59,383 nucleotides of DNA, taken from NCBI RefSeq assembly GCF_004010195.1, contig NC_057728.1, positions 51,324,469-51,383,851 on the forward strand. The letters run 5' to 3'. Numbering within the stretch: the first letter of the stretch is position 1; each line of letters opens with the position of its first letter. The translations under genes and the position numbers were made by a program. Source of the DNA: Chiloscyllium plagiosum. Its lineage: Eukaryota. Of the stretch, positions 12,985 through 26,419 are shown piece after piece. The notes under the pieces are model-generated. The model saw nothing but the letters and a program-made list of their open reading frames with translations. It did not search any database and was not told where the DNA came from.

Positions 12985-13079
12985 AGTTGTTTCTAGCTCA
13001 AAAAGGGAAGGAAACAGCCTGTAACAGTTTTTTTTAGGTATACAGTTGTCAGCAAACATCAAAATATTTAGTTCAGCTT

Positions 13080-13265
13080 TACTGGACGGTAGCATGGTAG
13101 TATCAGAATTGAGGGCCATGCCCAACATAAACACTAATTCAGTGCAGTGTCGAGAGAGTGCTGCATTGTTTAGAGGAGCCATATTTCAGATCAGATATTA
13201 AACCAAAAACTTGGTCAAGTGGAAATAAAGGTGAATTCCAGGAGCAGCGGGATTTGTACAGGTAA
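13080..13265 (+). mobile_element. Old DeuSINE/SacSINE-like fragment
   Basis: cagtgcagtgtcgagagagtgctgcattgtttagaggagccatatttcagatcagatattaaacc resembles the Deu domain from recall; a similar reverse fragment lies at about 2700-2900. Confidence 0.4.
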
Positions 13266-13565
13266 GAGCAAATTATTGCAGTTGCTGGAATCTGTACTGA
13301 AAATAACAAATGATGGAGATCACAGTAGGTCAAACAGCATCCAATTAGAGAAAGCAAGCTAAAGTTGAGTCTAGATGACTCTTCTGATTTCTGGACCAAT
13401 TTTCATGCCTTACTCAAAAGAATTAATTGGGCAACTCTTTCATCTGTGATTGGAGGCATGTTGCTGGGTAAAAATTGGCCGTTAGATTGATCTGGCAGCC
13501 CAAGGTCACAAAAGACCCAGTATTTACATGGGACTTGCCTCTCCAAAACCTCGCCATCAATCCCA

Positions 13566-13665
13566 GGGGCTGTGGTGGTAGTGTCTCTACTCTGAGCCAG
13601 GAGACCTGGGTTCAAGTCCCACCCACTTCAGAGGTGTGCAATAACATCTCTGAAAAGGTTGATTT
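13566..13665 (+). repeat. Short (about 100 bp) tRNA-like interspersed repeat
   Basis: gtggtagtgtctctactctgagccaggagacctgggttcaagtcccac...aataacatctctgaaaaggttgat recurs at about 19440-19530 (-), 2205-2275 (-) and 43775-43995 (+, two copies). Confidence 0.55.
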
Positions 13666-14854
13666 AAAAAGTTATGCCATGAATTGGGGTAAAGGTGTAG
13701 GGTTGGCAAAGTGATGTGCACCAATTTATGGAAATTGTAATTTATTGCATCATGATAGAAACATTCTAGCAAGCAGGAATATCTCCATTCTTTGTAAAAT
13801 CCATGACTGAACTGGAATAAAGTTCTTAATTTCATGCTGAAGCACCAACACATTCCCAAAACTAAAGGTAAGATTACACTTTGCAGAGATCACTCCAGAA
13901 ACAATTCATATTTATACCTATTTATTTGGTTTACTCAAACCAAAACAATTTTTTAAATACTGGGCCAAAATCAAATTTGATATTAACATAGTTGATGCCA
14001 CAAACAAAATTCAGTCCAGTCACAGTCAACTGGTCTTTGCTCAGTTACACAATATTAATCATTTGTTAAATTCCATCCATATCAAAACTGGACTCTTTTC
14101 ACAAACAAATAACAGCGAAACTTGGACTTGCTCTGACTTGCACACACACACACACAAAACAATCTCAGATGTAATTCAGCACTGCCTCTTAGTTCAATGT
14201 TAATGACGGTGTAAAATTGTGAAGAGACACCACCCTCTCAAACACTACAATGATAGAGGTTCGAGCCAGGCTAACCCTGCCAATGTTGTCACGAGCTGTA
14301 CCAGAGTCAGTGAGCAGACCACGCACGGGTAATGCAAATGATGCAGCTCATCACAACACCCTCCCCTGTGCTTAGCTCCACAGACTGATGCAGTGATAGA
14401 CCAGCCAGACATTGATCATCATTTCCTCCTTCCCTCCCCAATAGCAGGTTGACTCACTCCAGGAATAAAACAGTATCACAAACTTGTGTTTCCAAAGCCC
14501 TTGTCTAAGCAGGTCACAAGTTCATTATTTTCAAACTTTTGTTCTGGGGTGTTGGGGGAAATCCTGTACAAAACACCCATTATAAATAATCCTCTCCCGT
14601 TTACTTTTCTTCTGCTTCGAAGGATTGTGCACTTCTATCACACTGAGATGGTTGATTAAATCTAGTGTTCGGAGTTATAAGACTTAATTCTTTAAAATTA
14701 ATTCTCTGCGTGCAGGCACCTCCAGATCATTCTTTGCTGTTGTGCATCCCCAGTTCTTAGAGGCGGTGACATTGCTCTTGAGCCACTATACGTCTAACTC
14801 CTACAGTTCAAAAATGTTATACTCTGCTCAGTTCTGAAGGGTCATTCGATTGAA

Positions 14855-15758
14855 AACCAAAATTGGAGGTGTAGTGGACAGCGAAGAGGGTTACCTCAGA
14901 TTACAACAGGATCTTGATCAGATGGGCCAATGGGCTGAGAAGTGGCAGATGGAGTAAAATTCAGATAAATGTGAGGTGCTGCACTTTGGGAAAGCAAATC
15001 TTCACAGGACTACACTTAATGGTAGTGTACTAGGGAGTGTTGCTAAACAAAGAGACCTTGGAGTGCAGGTTCATAGCTCCTTGAAAGTGGAGTCACAGGT
15101 CGATAGGATAGTGAAGAAGGTGTTTGGTATGCTTTCCTTTATTGGTCAGAGTATTGAGTACAGGAGTTGGGAGGTCATGTTGTGGCTGTACAGGAAATTG
15201 GTTAGGCCACTGTTGGAATATTGCGTGCAATTCTGGTCTCCTTCCTATCGGAAGGACGTTGTGAAACTTGAAAGGGTTCAGAAAAGATTTAAAAGGATGT
15301 TGCCAGGGTTGGAGGATTTGAGCTATAGGGAGAGGCGGAACAGGCTGGGGCTGTTTTCCCTGGAGCGTCTGAGACTGAGGAGATTTACAAACCTTATACA
15401 GATTTACAAAATTATGAGGGACATGGATAGGATAAATAGACAGGGTCTTTTCCCTGGGATGGGGGAATCCTGAACTAGAGGGCATAGGTTTAGGGTGAGA
15501 GGGGAAAGATATAAAAAAGAACTAAGGGGCAACTTTTTCAGAGAGTGGTACATGTCTGGAATGAGCTGCCAGAAGAAGTGGTGGAGGCTGATACAATTGC
15601 AACATTTAAAAAGGCATCTAGATGGGTATATGAATAGGAAGGGTTTGGAGGGATATGGGACAGGTACTGACAGGTGGGACTAGATTGGGTTGGGATATCT
15701 GATTGGCATGGACGGGTTGGACGAAGGGTCTGTTTCCATGCTGCACATCTCTATGACT
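14855..15758 (+). mobile_element. CR1/HER1 LINE 3' fragment (RT C-terminus and 3' UTR), inserted within a family-C Penelope-like fragment
   Basis: ORF 14976-15473 LVRPLLEYCVQFWSP...LERVQKRFKRMLPG; ctctatgact tail; family-C sequence on both sides (gttctgaagggtca at about 14831 and gccagacctgctgag at about 15788). Confidence 0.9.
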
Positions 15759-15949
15759 GTATTATCAATTTCCTCTTCATAGGTGTTGCCAGACCTGCTG
15801 AGTTTCCCCAAATTTTGTTTTTGTTTTATGCTCTGCTCATATATGGAGAGGTCTAACTTGACCTCTTGATTCTGAAGATCTGTCTCCATTTGGTCCACTG
15901 AGCTTGCTCAGGCATTTAGTGTTACCATGATTGATCAGGTTATTCTGGA

Positions 15950-16410
15950 CTCAGTTTTCATGCTTTGTTGCCTTAATCCTGGATTCCCTTACCAATTAAA
16001 AATCTGTCTCAGTCTTAAAATATAGTTAATAACCCAACTTTGATCATTCTCTGCACTAAGGAATTCCACAGATCGTCTATCCTAAGAAGAAGTTCCTCAT
16101 TTTTTCCTTAAATGGGTGAACACTTTATTCTGAGATTAAGCTCTGTGGTACTGAACTCTCCCAAAAGGGAAAACAACCCACCCTGTCAAGCCCCCTGAAG
16201 AATCTTTATACTTCAATAAAGTCATTACTCACTCTTCTAAATCCCAATGGAGATAGGCTCAACCAACTGCGTTTCCTTGTTATGATATCCCTCCAGGCCC
16301 AGGATCAATCTGGTGAACCTTCTGTGGTTTGCCTCAAAAGCCAGTGAACCTATCCTTAGATAACAGGGACCAAAACTGTTCAGACTTCTGTGTGGGCTAA
16401 CTAGTGTCTT
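15950..16410 (-). mobile_element. Old CR1 LINE 3' fragment
   Basis: gaattccacagat...ctggtgaaccttctgtgg...caaaactgttcag is the degraded reverse complement of the CR1 RT C-terminus. Confidence 0.55.
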
Positions 16411-16739
16411 GTCATTTTAGTGATGGCATTGCTTGCTGTTTTGTATGGGTCTGCCAGCTCACACTACTGTACAAGTTGCTGCCACCATCCTTTTTAAGTG
16501 TAGGAAACTGCACTTGGTCTAATGCAGTCAAGGAAAACCATTCCTTCTCCAAATGGAATACTCTTGTAGTCATGATCTAGTTTGCTGCACATTAACAATA
16601 TAAAATTGTAACCAGTTGCTATGACAGATGTTGTTAGAGACTTTGGAGGAGGAACAGATGTTTGGTCTCATCCTTCGAGAGTCTGGACAGTTCTGCCCAC
16701 AGATTACATGACATCATTATAGTGGGTGGTGCCTTTTAT

Positions 16740-17085
16740 CAATTCACTCAATGTGGGCGTCTCTGGCTGGGCCAGTATTTATTATCCATCCCTCATTGCC
16801 CAGAAGGTAGTTAAGGCATTAACATGGGTCTGGAGTCACATGTAGGCCAGACTAGGTAAGGATAACTGACTTCCTTCACCAAAGTACATTAGGGAACCAG
16901 ACAGGTTTTTCCGACAAGTGACAATGATTTCATGGTCGTCATTAGATTGCTAATTCCAGATCCTTTTTTGAATTTGAATTCTACCATCTGCCATGGCAGG
17001 ATTTGAACCCAGGTCCGCCTGAACTTTAGCTGAGTTTCTGGATTAATAGTCTAGCAATAATACCACTAAGGACTCTGCCTCCCCA
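16740..17085 (-). mobile_element. tRNA-headed SINE with CR1-type tail, full length
   Basis: Reverse complement of the 20565 and 25561 copies (ggagtcacatgtaggccagactaggtaagga...ggatttgaacccagg...aataccactaag). Confidence 0.75.
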
Positions 17086-17449
17086 CTTATGGCACTCATT
17101 AATCCTTTCAGATACACATACAACCTCTCTCTCGAAAGTAGCCCTAAGGGGCAGTTACTGCCCAAGGCAGAGTTTCATTTTCCTCAAATACACAACCATA
17201 TTTGTCTCTGATCACACCTCTAGACAAAGGTCACTTACTTCCATCTCTATAGCTTCAGCTAACTTTGTCCCATCTTAGTTCCACTGCAACGGAGACACTC
17301 CATAATGCCTTTGTTCTCTCTAAACGTGACTGTAGAAGATTTTAATGCGAGAGGCAGTCTGAAGTGTGTTAAACTTTATTCCATAATAAACATGAGGCAA
17401 TCCAAAAACGCTGCTTGCATCTTTCCTCACACCAAACCCTCACACTCAC

Positions 17450-17790
17450 TCAGGGATGCCAACCTCCTAGTTAAGACTGGCCTTGACTTGAAAAATTCTC
17501 ACCCTTATTTTCAAATGAACAGAGGCCCTCATTATCTCAAATCTCAGAGGCCCACCTCTCTCCAAGATATTGATTACCTGATTTAGGCCAGTCAAGCAAT
17601 CCCTGCTCCATCACTGGTGGCCATGCCTTCAAGTGTCTTGGTTCTGACCACCAGAATTCCCTCTCTAATCCACTCTTCCTTTTTTGCTTCAAGATCTTCT
17701 TTAACACCATTCCTTGGCTCAGCACTTAAACATCCGCCCTGGTACTGCTTTACCTGGTTTGGTGTCTCATTTTGTCTCCAAGCCCTAAGT
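17450..17790 (+). mobile_element. L2-like LINE 3' fragment
   Basis: aaaattctcacccttattttcaaat...ctccatcactggtggccatgccttc...agaattccctc resembles the L2 RT C-terminus (KIL..FK, GG.AF, WNSLP). Confidence 0.45.
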
Positions 17791-17859
17791 AGTACCTTAG
17801 TATATGATCAGATGAAAATTAGTTGTTGAATTCCAGAGTTCTCTTTCATGAGAAGTATG

Positions 17860-18215
17860 CACCATTTAGGCCAGTATTTACTTCCCATTCCCAACTGCCC
17901 CTTGCACTTCGCGAGTTGCTTGACCATTTCAGGGAGCAGTTAAGAGTCAACTACATTGTTATAATTTGTAATTCGGATGTCATGTGTAAATCAGACTGGA
18001 TAAGGATGGCAGATTTCCCTTCTATTACTGAGCCAGGTGTGTTTTTACAACTAGTTAGTCTCAAGGTCACCATCACTGACTTTAGCATTAGATTCTAGAT
18101 TTTTAAATTGAATTTAAATTCCATCAGGTGCAGTGTTGGGATTAGAACCCACATTACCAGAATATTAGCCTGGGCCTCTGGATTATTAGTTCATAGTTAT
18201 TTCCACTACTCCTTA
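17860..18215 (-). mobile_element. Decayed tRNA-headed SINE with CR1-type tail
   Basis: gcagttaagagtcaac...taaggatggcagatttccct motifs shared with the 16740 and 22610 copies. Confidence 0.55.
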
Positions 18216-20564
18216 ACCATCTACATTGCAAACAGAAATCATGAATATATAGCAAACTCCTTAAATGCGCAATCAAGAAGGAGCCATAATTCTTTCCAAC
18301 CTAAGATGCAAAAAGCAGCAAATAGCAGGTAGCGTATTTCCCACAGAGAGAGGCTGTTGCAGACATAATTAAAACCCCAGAATGAGAGTCACACCCAACC
18401 CAGATTCTAGCCTCACTCAGGAATGAGATGCTGTTCAAGGGAAGGTCGACACTTAGCAGCTTGCAAAACACCACAATTCACCCCACTGGATTCATTAACC
18501 AAAGTCAAAGATAAGCAAAAAAGTTACAATCAATTTTCCATAGTTAATACAGTGGACACAAGTCTGCAGAGTTGAAGCACAAGGAGAAAATTGCCAATGC
18601 AATCTCCCATTTCAGTGATACATGCATCTCTCAAACACAAATCATACCATTTCCATTTTGTTTTTAAGAGGACAGCAAAAGCCTGAATTTAATGCAGCAT
18701 AAAAGCCTTTTGCACACATTTCTTGCCAAAAACCACTTATCGCATTTGAAATATTGTGTATATTCCCTGCCTGATGTTCTACATTCATTGCCAAATATTG
18801 GAACATAGTTTTCCATTTTATTGTACTACAGTAAATAATTCTGTAAACCCTCAGTTCCGTGCAAAGCTGAGTTTGGCTCGTGTAATACAATTAATCTAGT
18901 GCAGTTCTGTTTTGAGGGACATGTGGCTTTAATGTTCCAAAGAGAATGATTCAAGATCTACAATCACAATCCACACAGACTCAGGATATTACTCTTTACT
19001 GCATACTTCAGAGGCATTTTCACAAAGAAACAAAAAAGTGACAAGTCTCTCCACACAGTCTTCAGACCAGAAACATCGCTGGTTTGTTCATACATTAAAA
19101 AACTGTGCTCAGAGTGCAAGCTGGTCAGATGACGGCACCCACACCTGGCTTTGACAATAGTAGTTCAGTGGCTGGATGGATCTGTTCAGACATGTTCAGT
19201 ACTGCCTTCTGGGAAGTGATCTGGGTGTTGGCTCTACAACAACTGACTCATATCATACAGTTAGAATCAGAGTGGAGTCAGTCAGCCAAACAACCTGAGC
19301 GGGGGCCAGGGTTCAGAAACTTCAATTCGGGTGTAACAACTTGGGGTCCAGAAATTCCTGATTTGAGGAACCCCGTGATGAACACAGATGAAGATGGTGT
19401 CCCACTCACCTTTTGAGTTGGTTTACTTTTATATTGTAGATGTTTTCTATATCAACACGTTCAGACTTCATCTCTGGAACAGTGGAGACTTGAACCCAGG
19501 CCTCCTGGTTCAGAGTTAGGGACACCAAAACAGCCCCTAACTTCTGCATTGCAAGTTGGGATGGATGTATAAGCTCATAATGGGTAAGCCAGGTCAACAG
19601 GGCACTTAGGCACCACTGGAGTGTCAGGTCCAATGATATCGAAGGATAGGGAAAGAAAGTTACAAAGCAAATGAGTGGATGAATCAATGTCAAATTAGAA
19701 TCAGAAAAAAAAAGAGCAAAAAGGGCAGAGAGAAAAAGACAAAAAGAAAGTAAACTATTTTGAGGAGCAGCTTCCTATCTATGGAACTGACAGCTGATGT
19801 TTTAACTGTTCCCTTCCTGGGTAAGGTGGACTTTCATGACAAGAGCGATCAAGCCATTAGTGCTGCCATCTGCATTTACAGAACTGTGCAAATAGCCACG
19901 GAGTTCCTCCCTCCCTGTAGCAGTCGGTCACCCTGGTGCTGCCCTGCCTTCCTACAATCAAGCAAGTACTCATTATCCAATAAGCTGATATGGGACTGTC
20001 AGCCAAATAGATCTCTCTCCCATATCAGGCTCCCACCACCAATTTCTTTTTAAAAAGACCAAAAGAGATAAAGTCCAGAAAGAAAAAAAAAGTTTTAAAA
20101 TAAAAATTCCCATGATTCTGCTCCAGATTTTCACAAAGCAGTTTCCTGGAACACTGGACTTTGGCTCAGGAGTAATCTGTTTGGTCCTTCAAGCCTGCTC
20201 CAACATTCAATAAGATCATTGATCTGCTTGCGCTCTCAGCTCACATTTCCTGTCTGATCTTAAATTTTTAATGATGAGGGAATTTAAGTCTTGGATTTAT
20301 GTAAAGGGACAGCCCCCACTACCTTCTGGGGGAAGAGAATTCCACACTAACAACATTCAAGAAATTCTCTCAAGTTTTAAAAGGCAGTACATGCTTAGTC
20401 TTAAACTAAGCCCCTTGGTTTTAGTCTCCACAACACGAGAAACATCCTCCAGTTACCCTGCCACCTCAGAACCCTATTGTTGTAATCAAAGTGACCTTCT
20501 GAACTCCACAGGTCTGATCTGTCCATGGTTTCTTTAGAAGATAATCCCTTCATCCCAGCAATGC

Positions 20565-20865
20565 CGAGGAAGGGAATGGCCTAATAGTATTATTGTTAGA
20601 CTTTTAAACCAGAAACTCAGCTGATGTTCTGGGAACCTGGGTTGAAGTCCCGCCATGGCAAATGGTGGCATTTTAATAAAAGCCCACTTGGATTCACTAG
20701 TATCCTTCAGGGAAGGAAAATCGGTCATCCTTACCTTGTCTGCTCTATATGTGACTCCACACCCACAGTAATTGACTCAACTGCCCTCCAGGCATCTACG
20801 GATGGGCAATACATGTTGGTCCAGCTAGAGATGCCCATAGCCCATGAGTGAATAAATAAAACAAA
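20565..20865 (+). mobile_element. tRNA-headed SINE with CR1-type tail
   Basis: tggcctaatagtattatt...gggttgaagtcccgccatggcaaatggtgg...gggaaggaaaatc...gaataaataaaa. Confidence 0.7.
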
Positions 20866-21089
20866 AAAATTCAGGAGAGACTGCTACCCTGGAGCCACAG
20901 CTGAAAGCACTAAAATCTTTAAAAAGGGAAAGATTGTTCAGTTGAGTTTCAAACTCCATGGGAAGAGTGAGGTTTGTGATCCAGATTAGGTTAAAAGGCT
21001 ATTGTTGACACTCCACTTGAGCTCAACAACATGTCGCTTTGTCCCTTCACCTCCTCTCCACCCTGAGCCCTCAAATTTTTTTTTGAATC

Positions 21090-21220
21090 CCTGAGGTGTG
21101 GAAACAGGCCCTTCAGCCAACCTTGTCCACACTGGTCCTCTGAAGAGTATCCCACCCAGACCCAACACCACCCCTATAACCCTGCATTCCTCAATGCTAA
21201 CCCACCTAACCTACACATCA
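21090..21220 (-). mobile_element. HE1-like SINE 3' fragment
   Basis: gtggaaacaggcccttcagcc...cccacccagaccc is the reverse complement of the HE1 tail region. Confidence 0.55.
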
Positions 21221-22042
21221 CTTGCCTTTATCATCCTATGAGAATATTGTCAATGGGCAGTGGACCAGATAGTGTCCTTATTGTAATGTTAACTAACACA
21301 AGCACAGTGACACACACAGTGAAAGCGAGTTTTATAGCCCATCTGTGGTATCATTATTGACACAGCTTCACTTCACTAAGTACTGAGGGAGTGTCCTACA
21401 CACAGCACCAATGGAATTATTGGAGTTTTAAAGATTATATTACATAGGATCTCAAAGATTAAGTTGTCAAAACCGGATAAGAATTCTCAAAGTCCTATTC
21501 TTCAGACACTATCCTGTGATATTTTAGAGGTGTAAAAAGTCTACACATTGACTCAGGTTTTATTGCAGAAACATGCTCGTGCTTTTATTTTCCTTTAACT
21601 TAAGAAGTTAAAACAAATCCCATCTCAGTACATGCAGGAAGATACAGCAGTTTCTCATTGCAATAATTAGTTTCTTGGATAGTTTGAGACTGCCCTGCAT
21701 TACCTCCTTGACAGAGACAAAGACAGAGACAGCAAAAGAGTCAGTCTCCAACAAACCAGGCATTCATCTCTGACTTTAAGTATAGACATTAAATTCAGGA
21801 CCACTCTGCTCTCTGAGGTGGCCACCCTGATTCCAAAACAGGGAGAGCTGGTTGGGCATGAATTGACTGCCTTGCATTCTGCATTAAACAGTGGTAACAA
21901 CATCAACGTTTCTTTGGCTGTAAAGCCAGTTCGAGTCAGGCCTGAGGTCTTTAAAAAGGTGTGACTGAACACAAACTTTCCTTCTATGGATGCTGGAGCA
22001 GTAATTTTTAAGTCTGCAGTTACTCTGTCTAAATGATCCACT

Positions 22043-22320
22043 CCGCTGCCTCACAGTGCCAGAGACCCGGGTTCAATTCCCGCCTCAGGCGACTGACTGT
22101 GTGGAGTTTGCACATTCTCCCCGTGTCTGTGTGGGTTTCCTCCGGGTGCTCCAGTTTCCTCCCACAGTCCAAAAGATGTGTAGGTCAGGTGAATTGGCCG
22201 TGCTAAATTGCCCATAGTGTTAGGTAAGGGGTAAATGTAGGGGTATGGGTGGGTTACGCTTCGGCGGGTCGGTGTGGACTTGTTGGGCCGAAGGGCCTGT
22301 TTCCACACTGTAATGTAATC
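22043..22320 (+). mobile_element. HE1-type V-SINE, slightly 5' truncated
   Basis: Near-identical to 8870-9150. Confidence 0.9.
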
Positions 22321-22607
22321 CTCATCTGGAGATTGTTCCTTTACCAGAGTAGACAACTTATCAGCATCTAACGATCTTCTACCTTTCAATGAGATAACTT
22401 TTCATTCTTTTAAACTTCGGAGATTTACTCACTCAAAACCACCTTCGCATCCCAAGGACTGACTTTACTGTACTGCCCCCAATGCCAGTACATCTTTGCT
22501 TCAATATGGAGACCAGAATTACACTGAGTACTCCAGGCACAATCTCCCCAAAACCCTGTATAATCATATAACTTTTTTTTCATTCCTAAACTCCATAACA
22601 GAACTTT

Positions 22608-22930
22608 TATTCATTCACAGGATGAAGGCATTGCTGGCTAGGCCAGCATTTATTGCCCATCCCTAGTTGTCCAGAGGACAGTTAAGAGTCAACCACATTG
22701 CTGTGGGTCTGAAGTCACATGTAGGCCAGATCAGGTAAGGAACGTGGTTTCCTTACCTAAAGGTCATTAATGGAACAGATGGGTTTTTCCGATAATCGAC
22801 AATGGTTCATGGTCATTAGACTCTTAATTCCAGATTTTTATTGTATTCAAGTTCCAAAGTCTGCTTTGGTGGCATTTGAACCTGGGTCTCTGGGGTAACA
22901 GTCTGGCAATAATACCACAAGGTTGTCACC
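22608..22930 (-). mobile_element. tRNA-headed SINE with CR1-type tail
   Basis: gctggctaggccagcatttattgcccatcccta...gtcacatgtaggccagatcaggtaagg. Confidence 0.75.
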
Positions 22931-24287
22931 ATTTCTGAAACAGCTATAAGGCTGGAGGGGACTCCTGATGCTCCCAGCAACATCTCAAGAGTGCATACGT
23001 CATGGTCTCAGTCATATCTTGAGCTGAATTGTGACGATGTAGGAGATTGTCTGGCTAATCAAGTCACAAAACACAAACAAGAGGCAAGCTAGCAACAGAT
23101 AACTTTTTATGCTGTCATCTCTCAACTTTGGGTTTAATAGGGAAATTTCCAGTTGCAAGTAATTGGACACAGAAGGTCTGGTGTCATTGTGCTGGGAGTC
23201 TCCAAATGTTATTTTTGCACTTAATAGTAATTGATTTTATGAATCAGTGCCCGCAGGATTTATGCATAATTGCTTTGCTGCTTAACAGATTTGAAGTTCC
23301 TTTTTGTTTTTTTTCGTATCTAACCACAGCCAAAGTATCACCTGCAACAGATTCTCCTTCCACTCGTCTCTTTTAGATCACTTCCTAATTTACTTGATGA
23401 CATGATTTAAGAACTGTATCTCAGTTTCCACATGTATGCTGATAGTAACCAGCCAAACTTCTTCATCCTTGTCAATATCTCTACCAACTCTAAATGGTCA
23501 CCCTGCTTACTTGATACCTAGTGCTAGATAAATTGCCTTTTTTGCCAAGTAAATATCAGAAAGACCAATGGCATTGTCTGAGCTCATCTATTACACACCT
23601 GGCCAGCCTCTTATCTTCCTCCCTTGGTAAACACATTCTGGCAAACCTCTGCTGTCCATGTCTTTCTTGGACCAGGATCTACACTACTCTGACCCACATA
23701 CCATCTATCAGCATTCCTATATTGTTCCCTGATTAAAATTCCAGATCTCCTTCCCTAGATATCCCTACAGACTGATTTCAGATTGTTCTATTGGACAAAA
23801 AATCAAATAAAATGGGCCTATATCGTTTACAGTTTTACAAGAACGAGAAATCGCCTCAATTAAAGAGATTTGTTTAAAGGGGCCTGACAGCATATGTTCT
23901 GAGAGACATTATACCCTGGCTGAAAAAACTAGAACTTGGGATCATAGTTGGAGGATAAAGTAATAGCCACTCTAGTGAAAGAGGAAAAGAAATAGCTTAG
24001 AACATAGAACATAGAAGAATACAGCGCAGTACAGGCCCTTGGGCCCTCGATGTTGCATGAAGAAACTTTGCCATCAACTACTACCCTCTGTCTTCTTCCA
24101 TCCAGTTATGCAAGGATTGCAAATTTTTGGAATGCTCTGCCCCAGGAAGGTGCCAAAGTCCAGTCGATGAGTTTATTGGAGATTGAGAAACATTTGGGCT
24201 TTACATGAATCAAGGGATGAGAGTGTGTGGCTGGAAAGTGGACTTGATGTAAACAGACAGACAGTCAGTGGTGGTTTTAATGAACCC

Positions 24288-24552
24288 TTCATGACCTATC
24301 CATCTTCCTTCCCACCTATCCATTCCATTCTCCTCTCCAACCTAACACCATTATCCCCAGCTTCATCTAATTATCGCACTCAGCTACCTTCCCCCCACCC
24401 CCCCTTCCATTTATCTCACCACCCCTCGGTTCACAAGCCTGATGAAAGGAATTTGCCCAAAACATCTATTCTCCTGCTCCGCAGATACTGCCTGACCTGC
24501 TGTGCTTTTTCCAGCACCACACTCAACTCTGATCTCTAGTCCTCACTTTCAG
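24288..24552 (+). mobile_element. Penelope-like 3' terminal fragment (family A) with degenerate hammerhead motif at about 24439
   Basis: C-rich region similar to 42250-42550, followed by ctgatgaaaggaatttgcccaaaacatc and the family-A arm. Confidence 0.7.
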
Positions 24553-25194
24553 ACTGAAAGTTTGACCTACCCTTTATTCAACGTTTTTAAACTCGTAAAG
24601 CAACTGCCATACCCCAGAATTGTCGTCTAGAGTAAGCGCATGATATATTAGCAACAGATGGAGGATGTCTGGCTGTTTAAACAATCGACTGAGTAGTACA
24701 GATAAAAAAAAAAGCAGGAAACTGAAAAACTACTGGAAATTTGAAGGAACTGAAAGTTTGGGAAATACCCTGAACACCCGACAGTATGGTACCTGAGAAA
24801 AGAAAGTGACTAAAATGTCTCATGATGCTCCAAGTGTGGTCTCACTGATACCCTGCACAACGCTTATAGTTGAGAAATGAAAAATCATTTTCAATGGAAT
24901 ACTGAACTGGGAGTTGAATGGGGATTGCTAAGAACACAAACGATGAATTCTGTACAAGATACAACACTGGGGACAGAGTTCTGAAGAGAAGTAAAATTAG
25001 TCGAGTCCTGTGAAAGCGACTCCAATCAATGTGGTGGTCTCGGAAACACCCTGTGAAACAGCCACCAATGGCCCTTAATTCTGTCAAAGTGGCAGTTATT
25101 GAAGCTTTTTTTTTGGGAGAGTAAGTTGGGGAGCAGGTGGCAATCTCGGAGCCAGAGAACATAGAGCATGGATATTGTGCTGAGCATTTATCTT

Positions 25195-25935
25195 AATCCA
25201 AGATCAACCTAACCTACACATCCCTCAATTTACTGCCATCCATATGCTTGTCCAGCAGTCACTTAAATGTCCCTAATGTCTGACTCTACCACCACTACTG
25301 GCAGTGCATTTCATGCACCCACCACTCTCTGTGTAAAGAACCTACCTCTGACATCTCCCCATACCTTCCTCCAATCAGAAAATTATGACTCTTCGCGACA
25401 ACTATTTCTGCCCTGGGAAAAAGGTCTCTGGCTATCTACTCTATCTATGCCTCATTCCCCTGTACACCTCTATCAAGTCACTTCTCTTCCTTCTTCTCTT
25501 CAGTGGGAAAAGCCCTAGTTCACTCAAACTCTCTTCTAAGACATGCCCTCCAATCCAGACAGGGAGGCAATGGTTTAGATGGTATTATTACTGGATGGTT
25601 AAACCACAGCAAATGGTGGAATTTGAATTCAATAAATATCTGCAATTAAGAATCTAATGACAGCTATGAATCCATTACCAATTGTCAGAAAAACTCATCT
25701 GATTCACTAACACCCTTTAGGGAAGCAAGTCTACCATCCTTACCAGGTCTGGCCTACATCTGACTTCAGACCCACAAAGTGGTTGACTCTCAACCCCCTC
25801 TGAGCAATTAGGTATGGACAGTTAATGCTGCCTAGCCAGCGATGCCCTCATCCTGTTAAAGGAAAGAAAATCCTAGTAAATCTCCTCTGCACCCTCTCTG
25901 CAGCATCTACAGTACATCCTTCCTATAAAAGAACT
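25195..25935 (-). mobile_element. CR1 LINE 3' fragment interrupted by a plus-strand SINE at 25561-25868
   Basis: ...ccctccaatccagaca | SINE | atcctagtaaatctcctctgcaccctctc rejoins as in the 5260-5310 copy. Confidence 0.7.
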
Positions 25936-26419
25936 CACTGTAAATTGCTCAACAAACATACGAGTCTGAAGCAGCAATACACCATTCAGTCCCTCGAGTC
26001 TATTCTTCCATTCCATATAATCGTGGTAGATCTGATCACAACCTCGGCACCCCATTCCTGCCTATTGCTGAAATCAGACTCCTTGGTTAGTCAGGAATTG
26101 ATCAGTCTCTGCCCTGAACAATCTGCAATAATGTAGACCCTTCCCCCAAGGTCAGAATTCCAACTTTAAGCAGACCCTTGGAGAAGCGTTTCTTCACACC
26201 TGCCCTTAATGGGAGACCTTTTATTTTTAAGCTGTGGCCCTTGTTCTAGTCTCCCCTACAAAAGGACCCCTCAGGATTGTCTACCTCAATAAAATTCTCT
26301 CTCATTCTCATTCGGCAAAACTCCAACAGATACAGACCCAATCAGTCCACATTAAATAGTCCCCAGATCCCAGACTCTTGAATTCACTAATCATTGCCAA
26401 GGGTCCTTGTTAGACAAGC

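Noticed and set aside
14141..14156. Short (CA)n tract, plus GA/GACA tracts at about 21710, 29555 and 34365
   Set aside because: Ordinary short microsatellites.
19404..19412. Consensus minus-strand donor AAG|GTGAGT
   Set aside because: Upstream sequence is repeat-derived with no plausible coding exon or homology.
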